This document shows, piece after piece, positions 1-13,800 of a stretch of 64,000 nucleotides of DNA. The translations under genes and the position numbers were made by a program. This DNA comes from Bispira polyomma (lineage: Eukaryota): assembly GCA_965649765.1 (NCBI GenBank), contig OZ287758.1:16678001-16742000 (forward strand), in the 5' to 3' direction. How positions within the stretch are numbered: position 1 is the stretch's first letter; each line of letters opens with the position of its first letter. The notes under the pieces are model-generated. The model was not told the DNA's origin and searched no databases. It saw only the letters and a program-made list of their open reading frames with translations.

Positions 1-1819
1 AGAAATAATATGTAAAGCCTTCATGGATTGGTTGAAAGCAACTGACCTGAAGACTGATTCGATTAAATAGTGCAGCTTTTATTCGAACCTGCACTAAATG
101 TAATGGTTATTTCCTTAGCTCATGCCCTAGCCCTCCACAAAATATCACCTCATGTTATTGACAGACGAAATGTAAAGATTGGAACCTTCCAATGGGCAAA
201 GGTAATTTGAAGAAAGATGTAAACAGTTAAATGGCTAGGGTAGTCATCATAACTTGACTATAGTAAATAACCCCCTTCCCCTCCACTTGAGGTCTCTGGA
301 AACAGAGTGTCCCAAATCCATATATAAAATTGTTGAAAACACTGCATTAAAAACAAGAGTAGACCCTTTGTTAGGTAAGATAATGGTGTTATTGGGCACA
401 AATGGCATTTGGCTCTTGAGACATCAACTCAAATATATAGTCATATGGCCAGGGTTGCATGGGACCCCCTATTAAGAATGTTTTACATTCACTCAGCAAA
501 TGGATCCTCCTCCTTAACCCAGGAATTCACCCAGACCCCATTGTTGTTCGAGGACAATAGCACAGCAATATCAATATATTTGAACAGGTAATGGTTAAAT
601 ATTCCTATTATTTTGTTATTTGACAGTTTAATAAAGTAAATCGATAGCTTAAGAACCCATTTGTTTTTTCCCATTGTTACAAGCAACAGAGCCTCGTTGT
701 CATATGGCGCCAATGAAGAGACAATGGCATTGCCAGAAGACATTAAACTAACGCTGATAGGAGTTATGTCTATATTTGAGCTATTTTATGTTCTACAATC
801 ATTACATATACAATAGGGTCAGTATTTTGTACAATTATAATGCCCTAAAACTTAATTCAGAGCTAATAAAACACTGCTTTGTACATCAGATGATATATAT
901 ATATCTAAAATCCTTACATGAAGTAATCGTCTAAACTAAAATAAGTGTGCCTGTAAGGAATAATTAACAGACTGCTAATGTAATAACCACAGTAGTATGT
1001 TAGAATATCACTGGAACAGAACGAGAATGAATGGCATACAGTAAGTTGTGAAAGTATGATATAAAAGTCAAATAAATATGCTTTAAATACCAGCAAGGTT
1101 GGCTGTCATGCAATTGAGCTTTGTGACGTTGTAGAAAGAGTACCACATCCTTATTGAATCAGTTTGTAAGCAATTTTTGATATAACTTTAGTACAGAGTA
1201 AGCAATCAGAGTGAGGTATATACTCAACATATCAAAGATCAGTTAACATTTATATTTAACCGAATAACATGAACCCAATCAACAACTGTGCACTATTTTA
1301 ATACCATTGTTGAATATGATCTACCCAAAACTGCAAATGTTCCAAATTCTACTGTCAATAAGTCACCCAGTATGGAGTATTGTAGTGCTATACAATCTTC
1401 ATGTAAATATAGCACATAAATTTCACAACATAAAATTTGTTGGGTTATTTCTTCCAAGCCCTGTTTTAATTTGGCATTTAAAAGGGGCGAAAAGTATTGT
1501 CCCCTCGTCTTGGTCAACTCATCCCCAGGGATTAAGGTGGTTCTATATTTATTTGGAATTGCGGAGAACTAAAGTACCAGACCTCTTTGTGGTCGGGATT
1601 GCTAAACTTAACTTTCATCTTCTCATCAAATTTTCAGCACTAAAAGCCAGGCAGCAGATGCAGAGCCCAATCTGACCTCTATCTGATGTCTCATAAAGAA
1701 GTACTAGAGATCATGTATTAGGTGAGACCTGTTGTGGTTAGGGTCCTATTTCAGATCTTATTTTATGAGAGACAGTCATCAGGATTAGATGTAAAAAGGT
1801 ATACACACGGAGATGTGTG

Positions 1820-2120
1820 GATGGTTAACATATAAGATAGAATGTGAACACCCAATATACAGAATGGAATGGATGCATAGTTAATGCATAAGATAGAATG
1901 TGAACACCTAAATATACATGATAGAATTATAGAATGTAAACATCATCAACACATAAAATGACATGCATACTCGTCAATATAAATAGTACACTGTATATAT
2001 CACCATGTAAGATCAAAAGTGAACATCCAAATAAACAGAATAAAATTATATACATTGTCACCAGATAAGATATGCATGGTCAATACATAAAATATATTAC
2101 GAACTCCCAATTACACATAA
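1820..2120. repeat. Degenerate ~56-bp tandem repeat
   Basis: taagatagaatgtgaacacc recurs near 1832 and 1888, with decayed copies to about 2110. Confidence 0.55.
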
Positions 2121-5100
2121 TTTAATGAGGTTTAAAAACTCTTTGCTTTAATTAATAAAACCACAAATGAGAACTCAATTGATCATCTAGAGAAATGTTT
2201 CCTGAAAAGCTTTGTTTTTCATTTTACTGCAAAACATTTGTAAATGAAGAATTGATTGATTACTCCACCTCATAGCTCCTTGGTATTTAGTTCTTAATCC
2301 ATGTTTTAAGTTTGTGGATTTGCAGTTCTTATTCTAAAAGAGTTATCATTTCATCCTCTGTATTTTTTTTATGTGACATTATGTGATATGTGCCGTCACC
2401 TATAAACCCTACTTGCATTGATTGTAGTTGGGAGAGGCCCTGACAAGGCTTTGACATAGTCATATCACTGTCATAGCAGTCTTCATGGATTCTGGTTTAT
2501 CAGGTGTAGTCTTGGTCGGTCCTGTCCAAAACTCTCATGCAGAGACAATTATTTTGTTCTCCAAGTCTTGTAAATCCTGGTTAGTCGTAGATCATTCATA
2601 GGTAATCTTTGTCAATCTGGTCGCTGCCTGTATTTAGTTTATCTAGTCAATCTAGGTGTGTATCAGAATAACTTCTAGGTAGGTTGTAGGTAATTGTAAA
2701 ATATTGAGATGTTGTCAAGACAAGTCTAATAAATCATGAACTGTCTTGATATAGTCCTAGCAGTGTCTTGTTTAAATCCTGATAAATCTTAAACAGTGGA
2801 GTTCTGGTGATATTGTGCAAAATCGTGACCCATTGGATGCCTAATTTGAAGTGGTCTTAGAAATTTAGTTGGAAAGTCTTTATGTTGTTTTGACTCTGAA
2901 TGATCATGAAAATATGAGAAATTTTGTCCATGATAGACCAGGATCTGGGATCCTAGGACAATTAGCATGGGCATGGATAGTCAGTGGGATAGGTCATGAA
3001 TGTGGAAATTATGTATTAATGTTTCAAGTCATTTGAGAGTACATAAACCCCTGATTACAGAATGCTGGTGCTCGATGTATCATTGCATCAGAGAGTATGA
3101 CATTACATGTACAAGTCTATAGAACTAGGTCAGTGAGGGAGGGGTGGGGGTTAAATGACAACTTCTGTCTATGGCGTGGGGAGAGGATTGTAATGGAAAT
3201 CATTGTGTCACAAGACAACAACCTGGTGGTTTTGTAACCTGGACAAATCATGTAGAGAACTTAATCCACTGGCACCAAGTGCTAGGGATTTCTACCTACA
3301 TATTCTTCTCCATTGTGATTGTGTTAGTGATAATCTAGTTACAATAACCCAAATTAGAGGTTGTAGTTTAAAGTGACATTATAGTGATATCTGATATATC
3401 AATATTAAGTTGACTTTTAGGACTGGCTGTAACATCTTAATATTCCACTAGATTTTTCCACTGAGGGAGTCTCATTAAAAGCAAGCCAAGACTCTGTCAA
3501 TGTCAGCCATTTAGCCTTGTAATGTGCATTATGTTACAACATGTAAGGAATAGTGATGTCTTACTCATTTCAGTGAGCTTTAAAAATCATGTTCTAGTCT
3601 TTTTTTCTCTTGGTCGACAGTCCTAAGTGTGCTGAAATTGCTCTGTAGGTGATGTTTTTGTGTTGTTCAGTTTGCTGAGCCAAGTATTAGATTGAGATAA
3701 CCTTCACAAACGATGGAGAGAGTGTAGAAAAAATGGGTTATCTATTGTCAGAATGCTAGTAATTTAAGGCACAAAAACCACAGTTGTTAGAAAGAAGGCC
3801 ATTGAATGTCTGCAAACTTCAATGTGAATACGTGTACTGATTAAATGAGGTTTAGTTTATCTGTAACCCACCAATTTAGACAGGAAATTGACAAACTACA
3901 TTTTGTGGGTTTTTGTTAAACTTATATCTATGAGAAATTATGTTTAGTCCGTTAACTCACATAACATGGCGAGGTACAGGAAGGGCTTGTTTCTTTGTTC
4001 ACTGAAGTAATTAGCCTTATCATCGCCATGCGCACTCATTTTCCTTTTGTCTTGGCCCCAGCATTACGCATAAAACAACGGAAGTGCTTGACATAAAGTT
4101 TGGTGGAGGTAAGGGCATGGGCCACTACATGGTTTTCCTTTGCCTGGGGTCTGTGTGTGTTTGTGTGTGTGTGAGGATGGTATACATACATAGGGAATAT
4201 ATTTCCAGTATTTATCATTCGAACACTATTTTCAATATGGTGCCCAAAAGTGGGGATACACTAGCTAATTAAAAGGGGTGTTAATTAGTGATTGGCTAGA
4301 TGAAAGAGAGGGGAAAAGAGGAGATTAGGAACAAGAGTGGCTTTATAAAAAAGGTTATTTCTGTGGGATTGTAAACTGACTCAGCAAATCCATAAATTGT
4401 TCTTTCACGACACATATGAAGTTTGTAAAATAAATGTATGAGATGTTGCATGTAAAATAGAACTTTATGTAATTTATCTGAGGTAGCCTACAGCTATGGC
4501 TTAATAATGAGAGAGTATTACTTCTGTGTTTTACAAAATGTACAAAAAACCACTTTCTAACTCAATGTCCTCAGACCATTAACAGACAACTCTTTCATAA
4601 CATTTCAGATTTCAGTGTTAGAGATAATGTGTATATAGGCCATGTTTTTTCTGGTAACAGCCACCTCAATCATAAGTGTACCTCACTCGCCCTAGGACAT
4701 ATTGTCCATGCACCCACTAGAGGACAGAAGGGGTGTAAAACACGTGGTCATGGGTCTCTGAGGTGTCACTTCAAAGAGGAAGTGCAGTAATAACTTGTAT
4801 GTCTTGATTTTGAGTCATCATGTGTAAAATTAGTGTATATAAGGATAATATATGAGGCTTGTGTGGCAGAAGATTTAATAGCATGGTTTGTACAACTATT
4901 TGGATTTTAGTTGTAAAGTAGCATGTATAATCACACCTTTGACAAATAAACCTGAGATAAGGAATAGTTCTAACTTTGTATTCTTTATGTAAAGTTTACA
5001 TTTTAAAAATGAGAGATAAGGACTAGCTTATTCTTCATAATCAGTAATCATTGACAAAATGGTTTTTTACTCAATGTATTTACGGAATGCTTTAAAAATA

Positions 5101-5336
5101 TTTGTATATAAAATAGACCAGGGAAATTATTAAATTTCATGTTTTTGCATAATATTTATCACTTTATTTTAAGCAGACCTCAGTCACCAGGAAGACTACA
5201 AATAGTCCACCCGCTGGGTATGTAATAAAGTGTGTCATTTAATGTGTTCTTGTTGTATTTCTGACATTAATTAGACTCAACTTTACCCAGTGAGTATCAG
5301 TTATGCCTGCTTCTCACGAATACCCTGAGGTATAAA

Positions 5337-5466
5337 GACACACACAGCTACACACAGACACACAGTTACACACAGACACACACAGCTACACACAGACACA
5401 CACAGTTACACACAGACACACACAGCTACACACACACACACACACACAGACACACACACACACACA
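5337..5466. repeat. Compound (CA)n / ACACACAG(C/T)T microsatellite
   Basis: Directly visible repeat. Confidence 0.95.
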
Positions 5467-6289
5467 TTGCCTACTCTGTGGTCCCGTGCAATCATCACCA
5501 ATTTCCCACAAAACATATACAACACAGTGCATAATGTCATACCTTGTAATTGACTTCAAGTCTATCTTGGAGTTTTGACACTTTACTTGACTTAAAGTGA
5601 ACTAAAAATTCAACTTAAACATTTAAGTTTGCCAACCTTAAAGAAATTTGTAATTGAGACCACCTTAAACTCATATTTAGTCAATCGTAAACTCATTTCT
5701 ATGGTGAGCTTAAACTTACTTTAAGGTGACCTTGTGCCTCCAAATTTAAGGTTACCCTATACTCAAAACATAATCTAAATCTAAGGTAGGCTTAACATCC
5801 AGAGTTAAGGCTAGCCATATGGTCACCTTAAACTGAAAACTCAATTTACGGGGACCATAATTTATCAATCTAAAACTCATGATGCCCATGAACTTAGTAT
5901 GTAATAAAATTCTACAGATTAATATAATCAATAAAACTACTCCGTCTAACAACGAAAGTTAAACATTTATTTTCATTAAATTTTCTGTGATTCATGCACG
6001 AGTGCTATCTGGGTTTGGAGGAGTTCCAACTTGGCATGGTATACACATTAGGAGTAGAAATTAAACCATTTTTAACTATAGAATTTACAATACCCATATA
6101 AATTAAATGTCATAATCTACCCAGAACCAACATGGACTAGTTCTACCAACTCGATTGTAATAAATATTCAGTGTATTCTGTAATATAAATCCCCACATCT
6201 AAACATACACACACAGCAGTTATACTAATAATCAAATTAGTAGTGATAGCTATCTAATATGTAGCATTTGCCAATAGATAGATTAGTAC

Positions 6290-6520
6290 CCCTGGTCGAG
6301 TTCTCCAAAATATTTTAAGTCTAATTCATACTCACACTTAATACTAAGGTTCCCAATCTCCAGGAGGATACATAAAATCTGACTGCATATTTGAATTCAG
6401 CACCAACAGCTCTATCAAAATGAATGGTCCCAAGTCTAGGTCATTTCAGTATGGAGGAGTTAAGCACAGCCTTTACTTGGGTTCCAAGTGCTAGAGATTC
6501 TTTCGAGAATCTGGGCCCAG
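6290..6520. mobile_element. Harbinger-like MITE (related copies near 21895-22148, 22640-22840, 23186-23305, 44550-44720, 57010-57235)
   Basis: Ends resemble ...TTTCGAGAATCTGGGCCCAG and its inverse. The internal block tcagtgctgaattcaaatat..agtcagattttatgtatc is shared, in either orientation, with other copies. GGGCCC termini with CWG flanks suggest PIF/Harbinger (inference). Confidence 0.55.
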
Positions 6521-6870
6521 GCTGATTAATTATTGATTGTTTGGGATGTCATCTTTGACACACTAAAATCCTTATGTCTTTTTGATTGGCAGGAACATTC
6601 TGACCTCTCTTGGAATACTAAGACTGTATGCAGTGAGTTGGAAATACTTTCAATTATAAATTTATTTGGCTTCTTATGTAATTTTCAACATCTTTGGTAT
6701 TAATATTGTGATGGGCAGTTTTAATGGTGTAGGACACCAGTACTATTTTGTAGTGGCAACCGATCCTCCGGTAACTACTTGGCAAACTTCCCCACATGAA
6801 GGAAGTAGTGAGATGCTAGATGTAAGATAGTGGTAACCAGGTACTGCCATACAGTTTGACTAGCAAGTTG
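6395..6870 (+). repeat. Local duplication, copy 1 (copy 2 at ~9866-10410); block 5740-5895 is also repeated at ~9005-9170
   Basis: Long colinear matches, e.g. tctttcgagaatctggg...gctgattaattattgattgttt, tgggcagttttaatggtgtagga.accagtactattt, tagatgtaagatagtggtaaccaggtact. Confidence 0.9.
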
Positions 6871-7093
6871 ATGTTTTCGACACAATAATAAAGGATACCA
6901 ATTTTCGTGAATATCAGGAAGGCATCAGTATTTTAAACTACCACTTTGGGAATAGTTTGCTCTTGACCCTTGTTTCAGCATGAACACACGGGTTGTGTAC
7001 AAGCCGGCTAAAACCACTTGATGTCAGTCCGAGGTGGCTGACTCTTAAACACAGTGCCAACCCATTTTTCTTACCCTTGTTCTCCCTCCTTAA

Positions 7094-7628
7094 TGTTGTT
7101 CGCTACCATTTTTTCCCTAAAAACTAAATTTTAAAATATTTCATACAAATGGCAGAAAACGTGCTTTGTTAAATTGTCTATTGGGAATGATGTGTCACTT
7201 TGCCCTTTTATAAGACACTCTGCCATAAATCTAATGTTTATCTTCAGAAAAATTTTAGATGTTGGCCTAAAAATTCTAAACAATCTGAGATTTTAAATTA
7301 TTTTGCGTGGTGACCCCTTGTTTTTTTTTCTCATATTTAGTTTCAGTTTGTAATTTACCACAACTGAAGAGAAAAAAATTTAATTCTGTGGGTTGAAATT
7401 ATTTTTAAAGTACCTTTTTATGAAATTTTTTCTTTCCAAAACAGGCTTTCCATTAAAAACAACAAGCAAATAAATGGAAATACATACCATATTCAAAGCT
7501 CTGTAGGTTTCGAATGAGCCTGGTGTGACATAGTTTTTTTTATATTTTTGTTAAACACATTAATCAAGCTTGTCATAAACAATTTTTTTTGAATGTCTGT
7601 GGCTTAAACAAAATGGTGGCGAACAACC
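7094..7628. mobile_element. Kolobok-like non-autonomous DNA transposon (MITE)
   Basis: TTAA at 7090-7093 and 7629-7632 flank ~20-bp terminal inverted repeats: tgttgttcgctaccatttt versus aaaatggtggcgaacaacc. A TTAA target with GG end fits Kolobok. Confidence 0.75.
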
Positions 7629-7879
7629 TTAAGTAGTTGTTCTATGTGACATATCTCTAGTGTCACCCTCTGGTGTTATCCTCTTTTAACATCCATGTTT
7701 TTGGGTATTTTAACATAAAAATTTTTATATCAGCCCAAATTCAGGAATATTTGATAAAGATAAAAACACAAGATGTGGATTGAAACGGTCAGTTTATTCA
7801 ACTGACAAAAATGCATATATTAAACCAAGCATACAACATCTTTACAATTTGATTACATCACACAAGTGACTTATATATA

Positions 7880-7958
7880 CATTATTTATTTACATAAATG
7901 TGGTGAGGGACACCAACCCATTATTTATTTACATAAATGTGGTGAGGGACACAAACCC
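7880..7958. repeat. 39-bp tandem duplication
   Basis: cattatttatttacataaatgtggtgagggacac occurs at 7880 and 7919. Confidence 0.9.
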
Positions 7959-8687
7959 ACCAATATTGAAAAGTATGATTTACAAAACAAACATACAGAA
8001 ATGGTAATACAGAAAAGTACCATGTATAAAAACAGATTTGAGAGTGGAGACTGGGGTGGAGGTGGGTTACCTTTTTCCACTAGTATTAATTCATAAAAGG
8101 TAAGAACAATATAATAATATATATCTGTGTCAGTGAAGAGCAAAGCTTCAACTGATTACACACACACACAGGTTTTTCAACAGTTCAACTACATCTGGTA
8201 AATATCAGTGAAAGACTAAGCCTCACAATCATTTTATCTACTGCGAGATGTGCTGTTGCAATTGGGATTTGCATTTTATGCTTGTTTCGGCTTTTTAGCC
8301 AACTACTTTGGGGACGTACTCTTTTTCTTTTCCACACTTTAGTGTGAGGATTTCACAGATTTCTTTCTGTTTTATCTATTTTAATTTTCATGTTTTAAAG
8401 TTTTTAAATCTCACTCGTTCCCAACAATAACAAGTGTGGACAGCAGATCCCTCTTTTGAGACTCTTTGTAGATTTGTACTTGGATAAATAACAGACACAT
8501 AACAATGGCGACTACGACTGTTTTCTGCAAGAGATGTAATATAGTGCATCATCACCCAGTTGGGTGGTATTGTCTAACTTGGACTTAACCATGCTCGACG
8601 ATCCACACACTTAGGGCAGAAAGTGAACCCAGTCGCAGAAGGACTGTGGATCCAGAAAGACCAGCAGTGCAGAGGGACAAGCAGTGA

Positions 8688-8865
8688 CCAATGTTTAACG
8701 GGGAGGACCTGTGTTTTAGCTACCAATACTTTTAGCACCAATGTTTAACAAGAGCACTTAGTAGAGGAAAACCTCCACCAGGGGAGGGCCTGTGTTTTAG
8801 CTATCAATACTTTTAGCACCAATGCTTAATAATAGCACTCGAGAGGACAAACCTCCACCAAGGGG
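8688..8865. repeat. ~82-bp tandem duplication
   Basis: ggggagg.cctgtgttttagcta.caatacttttagcaccaatg...aacctccacca occurs twice. Confidence 0.85.
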
Positions 8866-10619
8866 TACAAAATCGAAAGGGTCTGGGTTTAACATACAGA
8901 CCTGGACCTCTCAGAGGACCTGCATATGAAAAAGGAGATAAATACCTAAATGACTACATTAAGTTAATAAATACATCTTTATAAACTATCCAAGGTAACC
9001 TCACTCAAATTTAAGGTTACCCTAAACTCAAAACTTAATCTAAATCTAAGGTAGACTTAACATCCAGAGTTAACGCTAGCCATATTGTTAAATTCCATTT
9101 TATGGTCACCTTAAATTTAAAACTTAATTTAAGGTGACCTTAACTTATCAACTTTAAATTCATGGTGCTAAGGTGGCCCTGATCAAGATAGGTTCAGTAG
9201 TGGTTGTGTAGCCCCACTAATACAAACAAACAGACAGGGGCGATAATACAGCATCCCTTTTATGAAGATTTTTTATAAAGATTTATATATAGTCAAAGAA
9301 ATGCTACTGTTATGGTTTGTATATTCTCTCATTTACAATAAAAAGACTGTTGTATATGAGTACCTCAATCAGAGATGAAGTGCAGAGTTTGTATATTTAC
9401 AGATACCTTGACATTTTTGCTAAATAACAACTCTTGTTTGCTATCGCCATAGTAATGTGACACTGTACACTTAAAGTTCAGAATCATCCAGCTAAAGACC
9501 TGGAACAAGGTTGATTACATCATTACACTGTCACATTTAGATTCAGAAGAAGAGGGCATACGGAAAGTATACCATTAGTTGGTGCTACTGATCTATTACA
9601 TAGCGGTGGTCATACTTATAATAAGGGTATTCAGACTTCACCTGTAGGATTATAACTACATGGATATAAAGAAATGCTATTTTTGGCTTTCACCCAAAAC
9701 TCCACAGTGTGTGATGTTTACTAAGTGTTGGCTAAAATTCAAATACATCCCTTTGCTGTTTCTCCCTCTGGATAATAAAGTGTACCAGTTTCTTCAGGTG
9801 TCTGTTAACTGTGAAGCAGGTACATTGCATTTTGATAAGTAACATGATATATTATTACAGTTGCAATTTAGCACCGAAAAGCTCTATTAAAATGAATGGT
9901 CACAAGTCTAGGTTAGTTCTGTATAAAGGAGTTAAGCATAGCTTTTACTTGAGTTCGATATGATCTAGTTTCTTTCGAGAATCTGGGCTCAAGCTGATTA
10001 ATTATTGATTGTTTGTGGTGTCATTTTTGACACTTTAAAATTTTTATGTCTTCTTGTTTGCCAGGAACATTCTGGCCTTTCTTGGAATACTAAGAATGTA
10101 CGCAGTGAGTTGGACAGACGATTATAAATTTATTTGGATTTTTTATGACATTTTCAACATCTTTGATAATAATATTGTCATGGGCAGTTTTAATGGTGTA
10201 GGAAACCAGTACTATTTGGTAGTGGCAACCGACCCTACGGTCACTACTTGGAAAACTTCCCCACATGAAGGAAATAGTAAGACTCAATCCCACCATCCTT
10301 AAAGGTAAGAGGCTAGTGATAAATTTGTTAGATGTAAGATAGTGGTAACCAGGTACTACCGTAATTAACAGTTTTAGTCAATAACGCAACTCCAAACAGT
10401 TTGACCAGCCAGTTAAAGTGCTACGCCATGATACACTCACATAGATATATGATTGCTATCTACTATGCAGCATTTGCCAATAGATAGATTCGTACTGACA
10501 GTCGTTTTCTCCAATTTATTTATATATACATATAACTGTTCAGCCGTAACACTCCAACAATGTGAATGGTAAAAGTTTAAAAAAGCAATGTAAAATCTGT
10601 TTATTTTTTATATGATTTG

Positions 10620-10832
10620 GGTCGCGTTAAACACGTTATAAAGGTTATATCACAACGGACAGTTTCAGTGCTGGAGGAAACCAGTGTAAGCTAGTTGGTC
10701 AAGATTCTACACAGAAAACCAGCGACCAAGAGTAAGTAACTGCCAACTTTCCCACTTAAAGCCCGGCCGATATTCAAACTGGGACCATAGAGGTGGGAGT
10801 CCAGTGTCTTAGTACTGAGCCATCGAGGCCCC
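10620..10832 (-). mobile_element. tRNA-derived SINE, family B (V-domain-like ggtttcctcca core); further copies at ~12335-12605(-), 15915-16130(-), 25828-25995(+), 46497-46730(+)
   Basis: Minus strand reads ggggcctcgatggctcagt (A-box-like)...gtttgaatatc...gggaaagttggcagttact...ctggtttcctccagc, a structure shared among the copies. Confidence 0.7.
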
Positions 10833-13800
10833 TAAATCTGGTGATGTAAAATCTGTTACATGTAAGAACAATAGGCCAATGTATAATTCTAAATGTACTG
10901 GTTACTCTCCTGCACATTTGTTTGGAAGTGGATTTAGGAGGGAAAAGATGAAAATGGCGCGAAAGGTTGGCAAATAAATGAAGTATACTTTGGAAGAGGC
11001 CATTGCTGGGGAAGGCTAGAATGAGACAGCCAGTACCTAAGTGCCGGACCGCACATTTGAGTTTTACATCTTAAAGGACCCTCAATCAATCAGAACTATG
11101 ATGGCCATCTCCTCAGACCGGGCCATACACATTGTTACTGTGAGAATAGAAGGGGCTTTACACATAAAATAGTTATAGATCTATATGTTGTGCATACAGT
11201 GAGCTGAGAGAGGTTTTTACAGTTTGGCCTAAGGAAGTAATATTTCTATAGAGATTATACATAAATATAGATAGAATATGACTATAAGAATTGATAATTT
11301 ATCTAGCTTTACACAAAAGGTCAAGGTTTGCTGTTAAAATTGGACCTCAGAAACTGTTTATATTTGTTTTGGAGGTTGTCTGGATGGCTTGGTGTTCAAG
11401 GAAATCCAAATACACAGTCAAAATACCTACGATATATTCAGTAAAGAGGTACTTGATTTAAGTTAGTAGTTTTATACTTACTTTAAATTATGTTGTTAAT
11501 ATCTAGAAAAGTATGGATTTTGTAAAATATGAAATACAAGTTGAACATTTCTTTTACAGTTAACCATTTTTAACAACGAACCTCTTCAACTATAGTCCTA
11601 TTTTGTCGACCTGACTTTTAAGTGGAGGAAACACTATTGTCCCCAAAGGGAATTTTTATTTAAAATATACTGTGTTAAGTCGAAATACTGTTTAAGCAGA
11701 AATGTTTTATTTGCTCCATTTCTTAAGCTTCAACTTTTAATGGGTTCAATTGTAATAGGATATAAATACAACCCGAAACACTGATACGTATTGCAGATAC
11801 AAATGTGACATCTTTTAAAAAGTTGGTTTATACTTAGACCCATAGTTGCCCCTTCTGTATATACAAGTCCATTTCTTTGCACCCTCCTGACTGGATTTAG
11901 CTGTAATTGTGCAGAGTTTGCTGGGACCCACACAATCATAGAGTGGACTCATTGAAATACTAAGTAGATTGTTCACAGCACCACAGACTGTGATCAACTC
12001 TTTGAGTGGCTGGGCCGATCGTCTGAAGGTTGTAGAAAGAAGGAAAGGCCTATATTAAATTCCGCCCCCTAATCACAACTGATATTTTTGCAGCAGGGGA
12101 AAGTTTTCCACTTTATTAGGTCACAGAATTAAACTCGCTTATGAAGGAGCTCTGTGTAAATTTCTGACCAATCAAATTGGCCGTGTAATCAATGTCTACA
12201 CTGTGTCCGTGTTTATTAGGCAGGAACCTTCTGCGAGTCAGTAATTCTAGAGTTAGAGTTATAAAAAAAAACAGCGAAATCGTGTCAGTTTATTTACTTT
12301 TTCTATTTTCAGTTTAACACCACTTTCCACAAGTGAGAACTAGATTGAAATTGGTGGTTATATGTTGATAGAATAGAAGTCCAGGTGGTAAATGTTTTCT
12401 GTATTGCAAACCATCGGCCTGCAGTAAGCCCACTGACTACTATATTGTGATGGGCAGATTATTGTTTTAGGAAAGCAGTATGGGATAGTTGATCAAGGTT
12501 TTTTGCAAACCACCGACCTTTACCATGTGTACTGCCAACTTTCGTTGAGGACCACACCCTGACTGTAGAGGTGAATGTGAGTGTGTTACATCAACGATGT
12601 GCCCTACATAAACTCAAGCTGTTTTTGTTCTTCAGATAAAGATTACAATATTCAAATGTCTCTAACCAAGGTTTAGATATATGGCTTTTCGTGATATGTG
12701 ACATGTTTAATTATTGTTTATAATGGGTAGAAATTATGTTAGGCTAAGAACTAAGAATAATCAGCTGTCTCTAACCAATTCCTATGTATGGATTAATGTG
12801 GCTTTTCCACCCTCCATATAAAATTTGCGAAAGCAGCAATAACCCTATAGACTTTTACAAATAAAAATAATAACACAAACAGTTGATACATACTGCATCA
12901 TACTCCAGAAGTATGACACCAATAATCACTAAATGTCAATTTCTAGCAACAACAACATGTATATATGATCGTCATGTTGCAATACATGTATACCACCCAA
13001 AATAAGCACATGTACTTAGAAAAATTCACCAGTGAGGCCATGGACTTAAGTGACCAGTGAAGTAATTTAATTTCAATGATGATACAGTTTGCAGTGGAAA
13101 GACAGATGAAAGTGTACTTTTTTACAATCTATTGTAGATCTTGAAAATTGATGGATTTAGTTATCAAGAACAATATTTACATTACTGTCATAAAGTACCT
13201 ATAATAAATCGTTTTACTTAAAAGGCCATAGTTTTAGAAGAATTTTCTCTGGATGCACAGACACCTACACAATATGTCGGGAATATTTTGTAATGAAAAA
13301 TATACATGTAGTTACCTAAAAGAAAACATATCCTTACATATCTAAGCTACAGCTAGGGGAAAGGTATAAGTGTATAAGTGTAAAATGTCAGGTGGTTCAA
13401 CTTAAGTTGCTTTTTTTTAATATTTTAATAGATGACTATTGGCCATACAACGTAACTTTAGAATGGTGTCAATACGGCTGTATTTTCAAACAGATAACAT
13501 ATGTATGGGTGAAAGCTGAGGAGGAACATCAGGCTATCAGTGGTTGAAGGTAGGATTCTAAATAGTCAGATGACTAGATGCTGTGACCATGAGACTTGCT
13601 GAATAAAACAGTTGGGGCAACGACTGGCTGATGTACTATTAATAAAACAATAAGAAGCTTCAAATTACAGCCGATATAGCATTTGTATGTATTTTAATGC
13701 TTGCTACTTTTGCATCGATTTGTTTCAAATTAAACTCAGCTGTTATGATTTATCACTTTTAGATGAGTCATCAATAGTCTCTAAATCATATGGAAAATAT

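Noticed and set aside
254-1675. Cluster of 60-122 aa ORFs at the window start
   Set aside because: No motifs or codon signal, several have non-ATG starts, and the lengths are expected by chance.
5177-5217. Small exon-like segment (ttttaagcag…tgg|gtatgt)
   Set aside because: Splice-like signals only; it cannot be linked to any gene without transcript data.
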